From: a virus
Reading direction: 5' to 3' (one strand)
IMG/VR virus record: IMGVR_UViG_3300045131_001276
Span: 6,182-70,181 of that record
DNA: 64,000 bases
Part shown: piece by piece, positions 9,308-19,191 of the stretch
Numbering within the stretch: position 1 is the first letter of the stretch
How the letters are laid out: every line of letters begins with the position of its first letter
Program-made: the position numbers and the translations under genes
Notes under the pieces: generated by a model
What the model was told of the DNA's origin: nothing
Database searches by the model: none
What the model saw: only the letters and a program-made list of their open reading frames with translations

Positions 9308-9559
9308 TCAAGTTGTCGGGGCATTTTTGCCTTCCTTCTTCTCGATGAGTTCCTGTAGCACCATTGTGTCGAGTTGGGCGCATAGGTCGTCGTCGTGCAC
9401 ACGTTGCGCCGCATAATAGGCGAGCATGTATTTGTCACTGGTTCGTAGGCACATGAAGTCTTTCATTAGCTTGGCGTCATTGCCTTTATAGAGGCTCAAC
9501 GCCGTATTTCTGGCTGTTACAAACCGGAAATAACGCTGGATACTGACCTTGTTAGCCAT
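9308..9559 (-). CDS. hypothetical protein
   Basis: GGAG SD; coupled ORF. Confidence 0.5.
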   Translation of the reverse strand: MANKVSIQRYFRFVTARNTALSLYKGNDAKLMKDFMCLRTSDKYMLAYYAAQRVHDDDLCAQLDTMVLQELIEKKEGKNAPTT

Positions 9560-9740
9560 TTTCGCTCTCCTGAAACTTCCGCCACATGGCTCGAGCTTCG
9601 TCGATGTCGATTACTTGTAGCTGTTCCCCGCAGAAGGGGCATAATTGAAAGACTTCGTAGTCTTTGGTTAGGATGTAACGATAACCCTTTACCCAACCGT
9701 GGGTTTCGCACAAATACAGCTCGATAGCTTCAGTCGCCAT
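9552..9740 (-). CDS. small zinc-ribbon protein
   Basis: CETH...CPFC. Confidence 0.5.
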   Translation of the reverse strand: MATEAIELYLCETHGWVKGYRYILTKDYEVFQLCPFCGEQLQVIDIDEARAMWRKFQESENG

Positions 9741-9901
9741 TGTTTTTGTCTCGCACCATCACATATCTGTGAATTGGCAGGCCGCACTGAGGGCATATCC
9801 ACGTGAATTTGCCGCCGAAGGACGCCTTAAACTCGGCGTAATCGAAATCCTCCCGACACTCAGTGCAAAAGTAGACGTGTTGTATTTTTGGTTCTTCCAT
9901 T

Positions 9902-10351
9902 TTAACACCTGTCGCAATACCCGGCCAAAACACCGAGGTGAACTGCGTCTCTGGCGTGTTCCGAACCATTAGCGTTTTCGCCTAAGCTACCGACAATCAT
10001 GGCGGCTTCGGCTTTCGACGCTTTTCCCTTGCTGAGATATTTAACCGACTCACTGAACTCGTAAGAGATGGCCATGATTATTCCCCTGGCCTCGGCGCAT
10101 GTCACCATAGTTTGGAACCTGTTCGTGGGCGAATGCGTTTCCCATGCCTCAACCGTTATGCTGTCCGGCTTGGCGCAATGTGTGTTGTATAGTGTCAAGA
10201 AAAGACCACGCAATTTAATTGACAAGTCTTTCAACCGGTCTACCTTGAATTCACCTTTCGGCCAGATTGTTCCTGTCTGTTCGACCTTCCCGTCAGCGAA
10301 GACGGCCCATCCGGTCGCCGTTAAACCTGGGTCAATCGCTATTTGATACAT
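9902..10351 (-). CDS. RuvC-like Holliday junction resolvase
   Basis: IAIDPGLTATGWAV, central VE, C-terminal HARDA. Confidence 0.75.
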   Translation of the reverse strand: MYQIAIDPGLTATGWAVFADGKVEQTGTIWPKGEFKVDRLKDLSIKLRGLFLTLYNTHCAKPDSITVEAWETHSPTNRFQTMVTCAEARGIIMAISYEFSESVKYLSKGKASKAEAAMIVGSLGENANGSEHARDAVHLGVLAGYCDRC

Positions 10352-10614
10352 TGGATGTCCCTCTCAACGTCGAGTTCGGTGGATAGCCTCTCAAGAAACA
10401 TCACGAGGCGTCGCTGGTCCATTGGGTTGGGCGATTTGGCCTTCATCATGCGGGACAACACCTTGCGGCTCATATTAACGAGGCTCGGTCCAGAAAGTGC
10501 GACTATATTCTTAGGCTTTTGCATATCTAATCCTCCAATGTGATAAAGGAGGGATGAACCAACGGGACACAAGGGGAAGTCGGGGCCCCGTGCCGGTCGG
10601 TCCATCCCAAACTG

Positions 10615-11727
10615 TTAACCTTTAATCCTGCCGAATCGACGCTTCGTTCCGTCAGTCTGCGATATCGCCAAGTCAAGAATCGACTGACGCAGATCCGGGT
10701 AGCGCCTCTTGGAAATCCGCTCTATTGCGGTCTTGGATAAGTTGACTATCTTCGCTATCTCGTCTATCGGCATGTCCGACGAGAGCATCGCCTGTAGTGC
10801 GAAGGTTTTATCGACATCGTAGTCAGAAACGGGATTCCACCCGAACTTGTCCTCGCCTATTTCGATAGGGCCATTCTCGTCGCTCCAATTCTTTAGTGTT
10901 TCTTCAACAATCTTGGCTGCGGCCTGAACCTGTTGGACGCCCTGTAACGCAAAAGACGCTATACTTGGGGGAATGACCTCCAACTCGCCTCGGTAAATAG
11001 CCATAAACGCCAGACCAATCGCCGCCATCTCAACAGGAAGCGTTGCGTCTATGAGGGCCGGAACATCGGCGGATAACGGACATTCCTGGCCGTGGAAGGC
11101 GCATGGCTGGCCATACCAGCTCAAACAGTGGGCGCCAGGGTTGGGATCCGGGCTCGCTTCGGCTATTTCCGTAATGGCCTGGGCGATGCGTTCCCGTGCT
11201 GTGTCGATATCTTCCCTGTTATAGATGTGTTCGTAGTGTTGGCCCGACCGACAGTAAAAATAGACGAACATCAGGTCTTCGGTTTCCGGTGTGGCGTCAT
11301 TGTCCCACACGAGGACCGAATAGATGTCCCGTTCCATCGGGTCGTCCAGTTCCCAACGGCCAGTCTTAAGGTCTTCAACGAACAGGCGGGAATTATTTAA
11401 ACGGCCCGACCTATCTATGTAGCCATGAACCAGTTCATTTTGGTAATGTTGCTCGAGTTTCTGATCCAACACATCCGAGTAAACGGACTTAGCAATTGTC
11501 TGTGCGAGCAGGCCCGATACTTCGGGGTCAGAAATCTCGGCGAGTGTCGATTCATAGTCGGTTGCGCCCGATAGAATCTTCGCTCGCCAATCGTGAACTT
11601 GCCTGCCTGCGGAAGCCGCAGCGCTGTCACCGTCTTTGAGGCCAAGAATCTTCGTGGCGTATAAGTGCCAGGGACACTTCTGAAATACGCCGTAAGATGT
11701 TTTGCTTAGTGGAAACAATCCTTCCAT
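10615..11727 (-). CDS. PD-(D/E)XK exonuclease (RecB/Cas4-like), partner of recombinase
   Basis: LSKT..KCP, G..VH, GYID...VEDLKTG, C-terminal Cys cluster. Confidence 0.75.
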   Translation of the reverse strand: MEGLFPLSKTSYGVFQKCPWHLYATKILGLKDGDSAAASAGRQVHDWRAKILSGATDYESTLAEISDPEVSGLLAQTIAKSVYSDVLDQKLEQHYQNELVHGYIDRSGRLNNSRLFVEDLKTGRWELDDPMERDIYSVLVWDNDATPETEDLMFVYFYCRSGQHYEHIYNREDIDTARERIAQAITEIAEASPDPNPGAHCLSWYGQPCAFHGQECPLSADVPALIDATLPVEMAAIGLAFMAIYRGELEVIPPSIASFALQGVQQVQAAAKIVEETLKNWSDENGPIEIGEDKFGWNPVSDYDVDKTFALQAMLSSDMPIDEIAKIVNLSKTAIERISKRRYPDLRQSILDLAISQTDGTKRRFGRIKG

Positions 11728-11936
11728 TAGATTCGCTCCATCAACCTATACCGGCCAGGGCCGGGGCTGTCTTTTACAATCGGAAAGTGGCAGGCTAATC
11801 CCTCGATGTAGCGGTATGCGGTCCTAACCGTGACATTGAGTTCCTTGCCTATCTGCTCGGGTGTGAATCCCATCTTGTTGCGTTGGAATAGGCTCACAAT
11901 TTGGAATGCCCGATGTATTGTGTTGCCCGTTCTCAT
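11727..11936 (-). CDS. HTH DNA-binding protein
   Basis: TPEQIGKELNVTVRTAYRYI helix-turn-helix. Confidence 0.75.
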   Translation of the reverse strand: MRTGNTIHRAFQIVSLFQRNKMGFTPEQIGKELNVTVRTAYRYIEGLACHFPIVKDSPGPGRYRLMERI

Positions 11937-12928
11937 TATTTCATCCTCGTGGACGGCAGGAAGGCTTCCTCTTGAAGGGCCTTTAATAATTCGCCGGATC
12001 CGAACTTGCGAAGGGCCTCGACATCTGTGATTTGGGTTACATCCTCAACGCCGAAGTGTTTGAGAATTAACGCAGTCGCATAATTCCATCCTGTTTCCGG
12101 GTCGGACATCTGTTGGCTGTAGAATTTCTCAATTTCCCGGTATTTCTTGCCGACCGGCGTTTCATCCCATGCGTTATCGCTGTCTTCTGATGTAGCGGTT
12201 TCCGTTGGTGTATCTTCCTGGCGGGGCGCAGCCTTCGTCGCCCTGGTTCGCTTGGCTGGTTCCGGTTTCGGCGCTTCTAACGCAGGGAATATCGGCTTCG
12301 CTGTCTCTACAACTTCCGGGGAATCGTAATATTCCTGAACTTCGCCCTCAACATAGACAGCCGCCGCTCCATCTGGGAATAACGCCGCACGGCGATGCGC
12401 CGCAGCTTCAGCGCACTTCAGAATCATCACATCCGGCATTATCTGCCAATTCTCTGTTAAACGGCCCTGAACCTTTTTGGCGTATGACTTGAATACCGCC
12501 GTCGCCATTACCGGCTCGGGATATCCCATTACACGTATGCCCATTGTGCCGCTGATTATCTCGGTGTGTGTGTCGGGGTCGTATTCGGAATGCTTAACTG
12601 TTACTGTCTGGCCCTGTTCCGTCCGACACAGCATCGTTCCTTCCGTCAGGCCGAGGTAACGACCCGATCTGGCCGACATTTTGCGATAACCACCAATACT
12701 GGTTATCAGCGTCATTGGATGTGTGCCGTATTTAAGGGCGTAGATTTCCCGGCTGAATGGATCCAGGTTCAAATGACTAGCCGTGGCGACATAGACCTTG
12801 AACTCTATTGGATCCAGCGACTTCCCGTAAGACGCACGCAGGATAGCGACTTCCTGCTCGTCAAACTTCCTCTTTTGCTGAACAACAGGCTGAAACCTGT
12901 GATCGGCAAGGGTTAACTCTTGCGACAT
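11936..12928 (-). CDS. RecT/Bet-family single-strand annealing protein
   Basis: LNLDPFSREIY, SIGGYRK, W..MPDVMILKCAEAAAHRRA. Confidence 0.85.
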   Translation of the reverse strand: MSQELTLADHRFQPVVQQKRKFDEQEVAILRASYGKSLDPIEFKVYVATASHLNLDPFSREIYALKYGTHPMTLITSIGGYRKMSARSGRYLGLTEGTMLCRTEQGQTVTVKHSEYDPDTHTEIISGTMGIRVMGYPEPVMATAVFKSYAKKVQGRLTENWQIMPDVMILKCAEAAAHRRAALFPDGAAAVYVEGEVQEYYDSPEVVETAKPIFPALEAPKPEPAKRTRATKAAPRQEDTPTETATSEDSDNAWDETPVGKKYREIEKFYSQQMSDPETGWNYATALILKHFGVEDVTQITDVEALRKFGSGELLKALQEEAFLPSTRMK

Positions 12929-13182
12929 TTTCCTGATCCTCCTTTTTTCCGCTTATCAATCACTGTGATACCCGCCCAAAACCATGAATTAGATGATTTA
13001 AGGGCTTTCCTTCCTTCAACGTATTGTTCATCTGTCAGCCAGTGTTCACATGTGCGACATGAGATAAAGTGGGCGTCTACCGTGCCCGAAGTGTCGAATC
13101 GACGCATCTTTATCTGTCTGCGTTCACACTGAACCAGCGTTATCTTGGCCGCTAGTCGGCAGTTGATGAATTCGTCTTCCAT
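12913..13182 (-). CDS. hypothetical Cys-containing protein
   Basis: Coupled ORF. Confidence 0.5.
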   Translation of the reverse strand: MEDEFINCRLAAKITLVQCERRQIKMRRFDTSGTVDAHFISCRTCEHWLTDEQYVEGRKALKSSNSWFWAGITVIDKRKKGGSGKCRKS

Positions 13183-13184
13183 TG

Positions 13185-13439
13185 CTAAACCAACACCGAT
13201 CTTGGGCGACCAAGTTGCTTCTTGGGTCGTTCTGGGGTTGTGGATGGCTCGTAGGGTTTAATGATGGCTTCCAAGGCATCCAGATAAACCAGATAGGTGT
13301 TGCGGCCAGATTCGCCGATGGATAACCGGGCGTGCCGAATCCTATTCTCTTGACACATCCGGCGTAACGTGGCGGAACTCAGGCCAGAAAGCCTGGAAGC
13401 GTCCCGCAGATTGAGTGTTGTTGGTTTTTCTGTGTCCAT
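13185..13439 (-). CDS. excisionase-like HTH protein
   Basis: LNLRDASRLSGLSSATLRRMCQENRI resembles MerR-type/HTH_17 Xis. Confidence 0.65.
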   Translation of the reverse strand: MDTEKPTTLNLRDASRLSGLSSATLRRMCQENRIRHARLSIGESGRNTYLVYLDALEAIIKPYEPSTTPERPKKQLGRPRSVLV

Positions 13440-16400
13440 TAGCTTGCCGCTATCGTGTCGAATATAGAAGATTGTGGAACAACAAGCTCTGCGGCCTTCA
13501 GGTTACGAACAGCCACATCGAAATAGGATTTCTTCAGTTCACACCCGATGAATTTCCGCTCAAGCTGGATGGCCTTGTAACCTTCTGAACCAATACCCAT
13601 GAAAGGTGAGAAGACGGTTTCCTTTGGGGCTGACCACAACTTCACACATCGCTCAATGACACCAAGTTGAAGTGGACACAGGTGGCGCTCGTCCTCGTTT
13701 TCTCTGGCGATGGTTACATTTAAAACGTCTGTCTCTTGTATCCCCCCAGGGTAGAATTCAGACTTGCGATACCAGACCGGGGCGGCCCACTCTATCCATT
13801 CTTCGTTGGTTATCCAGCCCTCATTGGCTTTCTTGCGATAGCGACCCATGCCCGCAGGAATAGGCGCAGCATTGTCTCCAGGTTTCTTAAAGTGCAGGAC
13901 ATAATCCGGTAACGCCATCCGCATGTGCGACGAGTCTATTGATAGCGTCTTGAATAATAGGCCCCTGTCTTTTGTCCTGATGGCTTTTACCTGTGGGTCT
14001 TTGTCAATGACTATCTCGCCATAATAAATCCAGCCAGCGTCGATGTGGGCCTGAATAACGGCGCCACGGAAATCCTTTATGCCTGCGTAACCCTCGACGC
14101 CCTTGAATGTGATTCCTTGTGTCAAATGAACCAGGCACGACCGGCCCGGCTGAAGAATCCGCAGCATTTTGTCCGGCGCTATGAGGTATTTGTAATGCTC
14201 AATCATCTCGTCTTGACTTGACACATTACCCATATCCCTCGGTGTGTTGGTGTAGACATACATCCCAGGAAACGGCGGGGAATATACAATCAGGCCCACG
14301 CTATCTGTGGCGACATTATCAACAGTGTCCACACTGTCACCCAGATACGCCGTCCACTTCATGCCGTGTTCAACGGTCGTAACATAATCCGCCGTTTCCC
14401 TTTTGGACTTAAATACGCTCTGTTGACCGGCGTTTGAGATTAGTTCGTCATACATTTTGGTTGATTCATCCTCCTTTCTTTGAATATTGGCTATGATTCC
14501 GCCGTCCGTGTCCGCAACCACCAAATGCACATTGACCGGGTGTTCCTGGCCGAACCGCCAACACCGGCGAACAGCCTGATAGTATTTCTCGAACGAATGA
14601 GACAGACCCAGGAATATGACGTTGTGACAGCACTGCCAGTTGATGCCGAATCCGGCGATTGACGGCTTCGTAACCAGCACACGAATCGTTCCGTCCGAGA
14701 ATCCGAGGATTGACTTCTCTTTGTATTCAGGGGAATGTGAGCCCCGGATTTCAACTGCGCCCGGTATCATCTTTGTGACCATTTCGCTTTCGATATTCAG
14801 GTCACACCAGATTAGCCATTGAGATTCATCCGTCTGGACCAGTTCGGCGCACTTTGTCACCCTGTCAACCAACGTGTCCCTTCTGGTTTGTCGCTGTTCA
14901 TCTAATGATTTTGTTTCGACAGGGAACAATGTTCCAGATTCAAAACAGTTGGTGTCTATCGTGTGTTGATTGAGAGACAGAGGGGGCAGAACGAATCCGT
15001 TATTATCGAAGCCGAGGTCAGCGGGCATACGCAATGCAACGGCCCACGAAGCCAACCATACCCAGAAGTGTTTGGCCGCATGACCCTTTAAACGCCACCG
15101 ATGCGCCTCGCTTGAGAAATCCTGCGTGAAAAACAGGGCCAAGACTTCCTTGACTGACATGATGCCCAGGAAATCCGAATGATTTACTATTTCCATTGTG
15201 TCGTTCGGGGCTGGTGTAGCTGTGCAGGCCAAACGGTAGGGAATTGATGACGCAAACTCCGAGACAGCGACCCGGAACTTCCCGCCATACATGTTTTTGA
15301 GGGCGCTGGAATTGTGAACAAGAATACCGGCTACACTGAAAGATGGATGCCGAGTTGCGCCAATGTCGTAAAAATATATCCGTCCTTCGGCGTCCTTGAG
15401 TCTCTCCAGTTCAGGATTTCCTTGTTCGAGAACCTCAAGACCCTCCACCCTAAAGACTCCAGTTTCTGTGTTTTCTTCTGGTCCTGTTCCTTCCGGCTGT
15501 AGTGGCAGGCGCCATCCACCTCGATGCAAATTTTCTTCTCTGGATTGGCTAAGTCTATCTTGTAGCACGTTGGATAGCCGGCTGTTCGTTTTCCCAGTGA
15601 CAAGGCAAACTCCGCTATCCATCCTTCTGGCAATCTCTCCATCAAGAACGCCTGCGGCACTGTCATTCCCGTCCCGTTTCCGCCACGAACGGAAGGTCTG
15701 TGGTTCATGGCTTTCAATATACGGGAAACCTTGGCCCGAATGTTTGGGTCCAACATCGGGTTGAGCCGAGCCAACCTCAACCGTTGTGCTATAGCCCCGG
15801 GATTGTCCGACCGTAACCATTCCGATGTTTTTCTGCCCCGTTTCGCCCTGACAGCAGGGGAATGCACAATCGCCAATATCTCCGGCTGATTCATCCGCCA
15901 TTTCGCTGAGCAGGATGTCCCGCAGAACCGCCGAGGTTTCGGCGAGTAAGCCTTTGGAACAAACATCCTCCCACACCACAGACAATGCCTTTCCTGTCTC
16001 CACGACATAATCACCTGGGCGCAAATCTTGTGCTCCAATCCATCCTCGCTGCGTGAAGAAGGGATGATTTGGGCTGGCAATAAGTGTGTCTTTTTTGATG
16101 AAAACTTTGGCGGCATGTTTGACCTCTCTTCTGTGAATGTCTGAAACGCAATCAACGCCGGCTGCGTTCAGAATGAAATCCCCATTCCGTATGTCTTCTA
16201 TTGGTCTCTGTGTTGGCTTGTCGTTAATTAGACAATCAACTAATGTTCCCTTCGCAAAACACTCATCCAACACCAGTCCACTGAACTGATTCGGGTCGAA
16301 ATTCTTTAGCATCTCATAGTTGGTGATATTGATTCCCGGCTGGATATCTTCCTGCGTCCGGCAAATGTTCACGGGGATTCCGAACTTGTCACCCTCTCTC

Positions 16401-16666
16401 TTGGTCTGATGTGACACAGCCAATGGAGCCAGAATCAACACATCCCCGAACGTGTGCGCCCGAACGTGTCTCGCCCACTCAAGTTGTATTCCGGTCTTCC
16501 CGAGCCCACAGTCGGCGAAAATGGCGGCCCGCCCACGCTGAACCGCCCACTTCACAATGGCTTTCTGAAAAGGAAATAGCTTTGAGTTGATAGCCGCCTC
16601 GTCAATCTCGAAGCCGCTCTCAACATCGAATATCTCTTTTGATTTTATGAAGGATGTGTAATCCAT
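13439..16666 (-). CDS. SNF2-like helicase fused to N4/N6 DNA methyltransferase, intein-containing
   Basis: Walker A ADCGLGKT, Walker B LDE|SS split by intein, TATP, QAVRRCWRFGQ; MTase YSPPF and FSPFMGIGS. Confidence 0.9.
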   Translation of the reverse strand: MDYTSFIKSKEIFDVESGFEIDEAAINSKLFPFQKAIVKWAVQRGRAAIFADCGLGKTGIQLEWARHVRAHTFGDVLILAPLAVSHQTKREGDKFGIPVNICRTQEDIQPGINITNYEMLKNFDPNQFSGLVLDECFAKGTLVDCLINDKPTQRPIEDIRNGDFILNAAGVDCVSDIHRREVKHAAKVFIKKDTLIASPNHPFFTQRGWIGAQDLRPGDYVVETGKALSVVWEDVCSKGLLAETSAVLRDILLSEMADESAGDIGDCAFPCCQGETGQKNIGMVTVGQSRGYSTTVEVGSAQPDVGPKHSGQGFPYIESHEPQTFRSWRKRDGNDSAAGVLDGEIARRMDSGVCLVTGKTNSRLSNVLQDRLSQSREENLHRGGWRLPLQPEGTGPEENTETGVFRVEGLEVLEQGNPELERLKDAEGRIYFYDIGATRHPSFSVAGILVHNSSALKNMYGGKFRVAVSEFASSIPYRLACTATPAPNDTMEIVNHSDFLGIMSVKEVLALFFTQDFSSEAHRWRLKGHAAKHFWVWLASWAVALRMPADLGFDNNGFVLPPLSLNQHTIDTNCFESGTLFPVETKSLDEQRQTRRDTLVDRVTKCAELVQTDESQWLIWCDLNIESEMVTKMIPGAVEIRGSHSPEYKEKSILGFSDGTIRVLVTKPSIAGFGINWQCCHNVIFLGLSHSFEKYYQAVRRCWRFGQEHPVNVHLVVADTDGGIIANIQRKEDESTKMYDELISNAGQQSVFKSKRETADYVTTVEHGMKWTAYLGDSVDTVDNVATDSVGLIVYSPPFPGMYVYTNTPRDMGNVSSQDEMIEHYKYLIAPDKMLRILQPGRSCLVHLTQGITFKGVEGYAGIKDFRGAVIQAHIDAGWIYYGEIVIDKDPQVKAIRTKDRGLLFKTLSIDSSHMRMALPDYVLHFKKPGDNAAPIPAGMGRYRKKANEGWITNEEWIEWAAPVWYRKSEFYPGGIQETDVLNVTIARENEDERHLCPLQLGVIERCVKLWSAPKETVFSPFMGIGSEGYKAIQLERKFIGCELKKSYFDVAVRNLKAAELVVPQSSIFDTIAAS
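15311..16261 (-). mobile_element. intein (317 aa) in helicase Walker B motif
   Basis: Starts CFAKGTLV, block B SPNHPF, block F YDIG, ends ILVHN followed by Ser; removal restores VLDESSALKN. Confidence 0.92.
15331..16116 (-). CDS. Vsr/DUF559-type endonuclease in +1 frame inside the intein
   Basis: CLWC...FCGTSC zinc motif; YKIDLA...IEVDGACH...DQKKTQKLESLGWRVLRFSN; GAGGT SD before ATG 16116. Confidence 0.8.
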   Translation of the reverse strand: MPPKFSSKKTHLLPAQIIPSSRSEDGLEHKICAQVIMSWRQERHCLWCGRMFVPKAYSPKPRRFCGTSCSAKWRMNQPEILAIVHSPAVRAKRGRKTSEWLRSDNPGAIAQRLRLARLNPMLDPNIRAKVSRILKAMNHRPSVRGGNGTGMTVPQAFLMERLPEGWIAEFALSLGKRTAGYPTCYKIDLANPEKKICIEVDGACHYSRKEQDQKKTQKLESLGWRVLRFSNKEILNWRDSRTPKDGYIFTTLAQLGIHLSV

Positions 16667-16733
16667 AATTCCCATAACCCCGTTGTGTTGTTTGGTGTGG
16701 GTTTTGAGGCCCACACCCTATGTTATATTCTGT

Positions 16734-17915
16734 CTAGTCTTTGAGGTAGGAGACAGATCTTCTATGTCTTAGAAGAGCCATAGGTAGATATAATCTTCCG
16801 ATATGTCTTGGGTTTTGTTCTTGTATATGTTTGTCTGTTTCTGGCTTGTTTATAGATAGCAAGTCTTCATATTCGGAACGCTCAGTTTCCATACAGTATG
16901 TTGATGTCGTCCCTTTTTTCGGTAGTAGCAAGGGAACATGGGTCGCAGGCTTTCTCTCTCCATCTGAGCCTCGAGATGGAGAGATATTTAGGAGATGTTT
17001 CTCAAGTTGTATCTCTAAACGAAGTCTTTTATTCATTAGGCGGTGAGCCATAAACTCGTTCCAACAAAAAACTATTGTGTTTCCCACTCTTGGTGAATAT
17101 TGATTTATCTTAGGATAATCTTGGATCAAGAAGTTTCTTAAATGAAAGGCGGGGCTGTCTGATGTGAGTCCATCACCTTTATATACTAAATCTACAAACT
17201 CTGACGCTCTACCCGCATCCCCAAAGTAGTGAGTAAAATAAAAATGCAAAGCGCTTATAGCACTGCGTGGTCCGGATATTTTATTCGAACCATGGTAGTT
17301 GTGTATTAACTTAACTGAACCGGAAACTTCCGGGTGGTTAATAAAATACTCCAGACGTTCATTCTCTAAAGATTGGTTGGCTATCAGACGCATATTAGTA
17401 CGGTACGAAGCAATCTCCCTTTTGTTATATACAAAATCCCAAAGCAATCTCACTGCTGCATCATCTTCACCCCTCATCATCAGACCTAACATGCGGGCAG
17501 AATCAGAGAGTGTTCTTTTTCTGTGTTTATCTATAGTCATAATACATCTTTCGTTAAGATTAAAAGCACAGAAAACTAACTGTGTTATACCCGTGGTTCT
17601 TATACTTTCAAGCCGATGTTGCCCGTCAAAAAATGAACAAATACCGTTCTGTCTGGTGAACAATAACGGAACAAAATTCATCTCCCACAGTCCCTGTTCC
17701 ATAAATTTGCTATACTGAGAGACTACAGATTGGACAATTTTTCGGTTAGGCACTCGGTCCTCCGAGTTCAAAAGCATAAGAGCATCGTCTGGTGTGATTT
17801 TACATACGACCCCAAAACTGTCATCTGGGCATGTATCAGCAAAAGACAACCACTCGGCAATACTTGTGCCCGAATCTCTTCCCTCAATCCTGTCAGTGTA
17901 ACGATCCTTCATCAT
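16734..17915 (-). CDS. ParB-N/DGQHR-like domain protein
   Basis: ITPDDA..LL...NRKI...Y...M..G.W...FDGQHRL; GGAGGAGG SD. Confidence 0.7.
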   Translation of the reverse strand: MMKDRYTDRIEGRDSGTSIAEWLSFADTCPDDSFGVVCKITPDDALMLLNSEDRVPNRKIVQSVVSQYSKFMEQGLWEMNFVPLLFTRQNGICSFFDGQHRLESIRTTGITQLVFCAFNLNERCIMTIDKHRKRTLSDSARMLGLMMRGEDDAAVRLLWDFVYNKREIASYRTNMRLIANQSLENERLEYFINHPEVSGSVKLIHNYHGSNKISGPRSAISALHFYFTHYFGDAGRASEFVDLVYKGDGLTSDSPAFHLRNFLIQDYPKINQYSPRVGNTIVFCWNEFMAHRLMNKRLRLEIQLEKHLLNISPSRGSDGERKPATHVPLLLPKKGTTSTYCMETERSEYEDLLSINKPETDKHIQEQNPRHIGRLYLPMALLRHRRSVSYLKD

Positions 17916-18045
17916 CTTTTTCCTCCTCCTTTTCTAAGGTATCCGATCTAGCTTCTTACAAAAAACTCTTCCCAATAAAGTGAGGCGCTAACATCTTCAA
18001 TATTGCTGGTGGTTTGTTTAGGTGGGTCATTAGCGCCTCAAACCG

Positions 18046-18294
18046 TTATATCTCTTGTGAACCGTCAAATATCTTTTGACAGTTCAAGCCTTTGCCGAAG
18101 CAACAGATGCCACACCAGAATTCCCGCTCTGAAATCCCCAACACTCGCAATATGTGTGTCATCTTTGATTGGTTTGGCCGGGACCGGCCAGCCTTCCATT
18201 GTTCGAGAAGTTGTCGACTGACTTTGAGCCTTCTCGAAAACGCTGAATCTGTCTCGCCGTCAATGCGAAACGTATTTAATCTTGTATAAAACAA
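18046..18294 (-). CDS. Cro-like HTH regulator
   Basis: AFSRRLKVSRQLLEQWKAG HTH; first gene of leftward operon; GGAGG SD with TTG start. Confidence 0.7.
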   Translation of the reverse strand: MFYTRLNTFRIDGETDSAFSRRLKVSRQLLEQWKAGRSRPNQSKMTHILRVLGISEREFWCGICCFGKGLNCQKIFDGSQEI

Positions 18295-18311
18295 ACCTCA
18301 CCCTCCGAACT

Positions 18312-18332
18312 GTGTCAAATTTTTCTTGACAC
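18312..18332. promoter_or_regulatory. palindromic operator GTGTCAA-N7-TTGACAC in the switch region
   Basis: Inverted repeat between divergent cro-like and cI-like genes; near-identical copy at 22671-22689. Confidence 0.55.
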
Positions 18333-18437
18333 TTTCAACCCCGTATGCTTACACTAAACAAAAGTTTTCTTTCGTTACCGTGCTTCTTTTTCATTATATT
18401 AAAATGTAAAAACGAATGTGCAATAAAGTGTGATATT

Positions 18438-19070
18438 ATGTCAAGTAGAAAAAGTGCAAATGTAAAAAATAAGTGCAATGAGTTTTGGTCAATATTCAAA
18501 CCGTTAATCACCAAAAGGCTTAAACAGAAGGCTACGGACGGCGCTATCCGTGATTTTATGGGGTGGACGACTACTCAAAAAGTGCTGAGGTATCGGGACG
18601 GCACAAATACGCCGAGTCCAACCACGCTTGACCAGATAAAAGATAGGTTAAACCTAACCGGCGCAATGATTACAGCGCTCGCCAGGGCGTGTGACCGAGA
18701 CATTGAAACAAAGAAACAGCTCAGGGCTGAAATTAAGCAAACAGACACACAAGTAATTGAAAACAAAGGAAGAAAATTAAGTACGCGTAAGCAACAGCCA
18801 GATATAATTGATACAGCTTCTGACGTTGAAGGTCAGATTATTTCAATTGATGAGGAGGAAGATGACGGTATGTGTGGACATGAAGACTCGGACGAAATCC
18901 GACAAAACATGAAGTTGGCGCTGGATGTGCTGGAACTCGGCGGCGATATTGTTGGCGACGAGGCGACGAGGGTTGCCAGGGAATTGCTGGCGAAGTCCAT
19001 AACCCGGTTGTCAGGGATGGCGGCGCATTCGGATATATTGGGAAAGAAGCGGGTTAATTCGTCAAAATAA
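18438..19070 (+). CDS. CI-like repressor (XRE HTH, no evident peptidase domain)
   Basis: Divergent from cro-like gene, upstream of integrase; IRDFMGW..QKVLRYRDG...PSPTTL; start uncertain (ORF opens at 18345). Confidence 0.55.
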   Translation: MSSRKSANVKNKCNEFWSIFKPLITKRLKQKATDGAIRDFMGWTTTQKVLRYRDGTNTPSPTTLDQIKDRLNLTGAMITALARACDRDIETKKQLRAEIKQTDTQVIENKGRKLSTRKQQPDIIDTASDVEGQIISIDEEEDDGMCGHEDSDEIRQNMKLALDVLELGGDIVGDEATRVARELLAKSITRLSGMAAHSDILGKKRVNSSK

Positions 19071-19191
19071 CAACGGGGGGACCAAATTGTCTTTGTTTGG
19101 TTAAGGGAGGGAAGAAAAAGACAGAATCGTCAAAACGTAACAGAGAATCCAAACATCATTCTAATTCACCTAACATCTATTTAATCACACC

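Noticed and set aside
10615-11727. CRISPR-associated Cas4
   Set aside because: Lies beside RecT/Bet with no cas locus; ordinary phage recombination exonuclease
16734-17915. Phosphorothioate (Dnd) system implied by the DGQHR motif
   Set aside because: No other dnd or ssp genes; the motif also occurs in stand-alone ParB-like phage proteins
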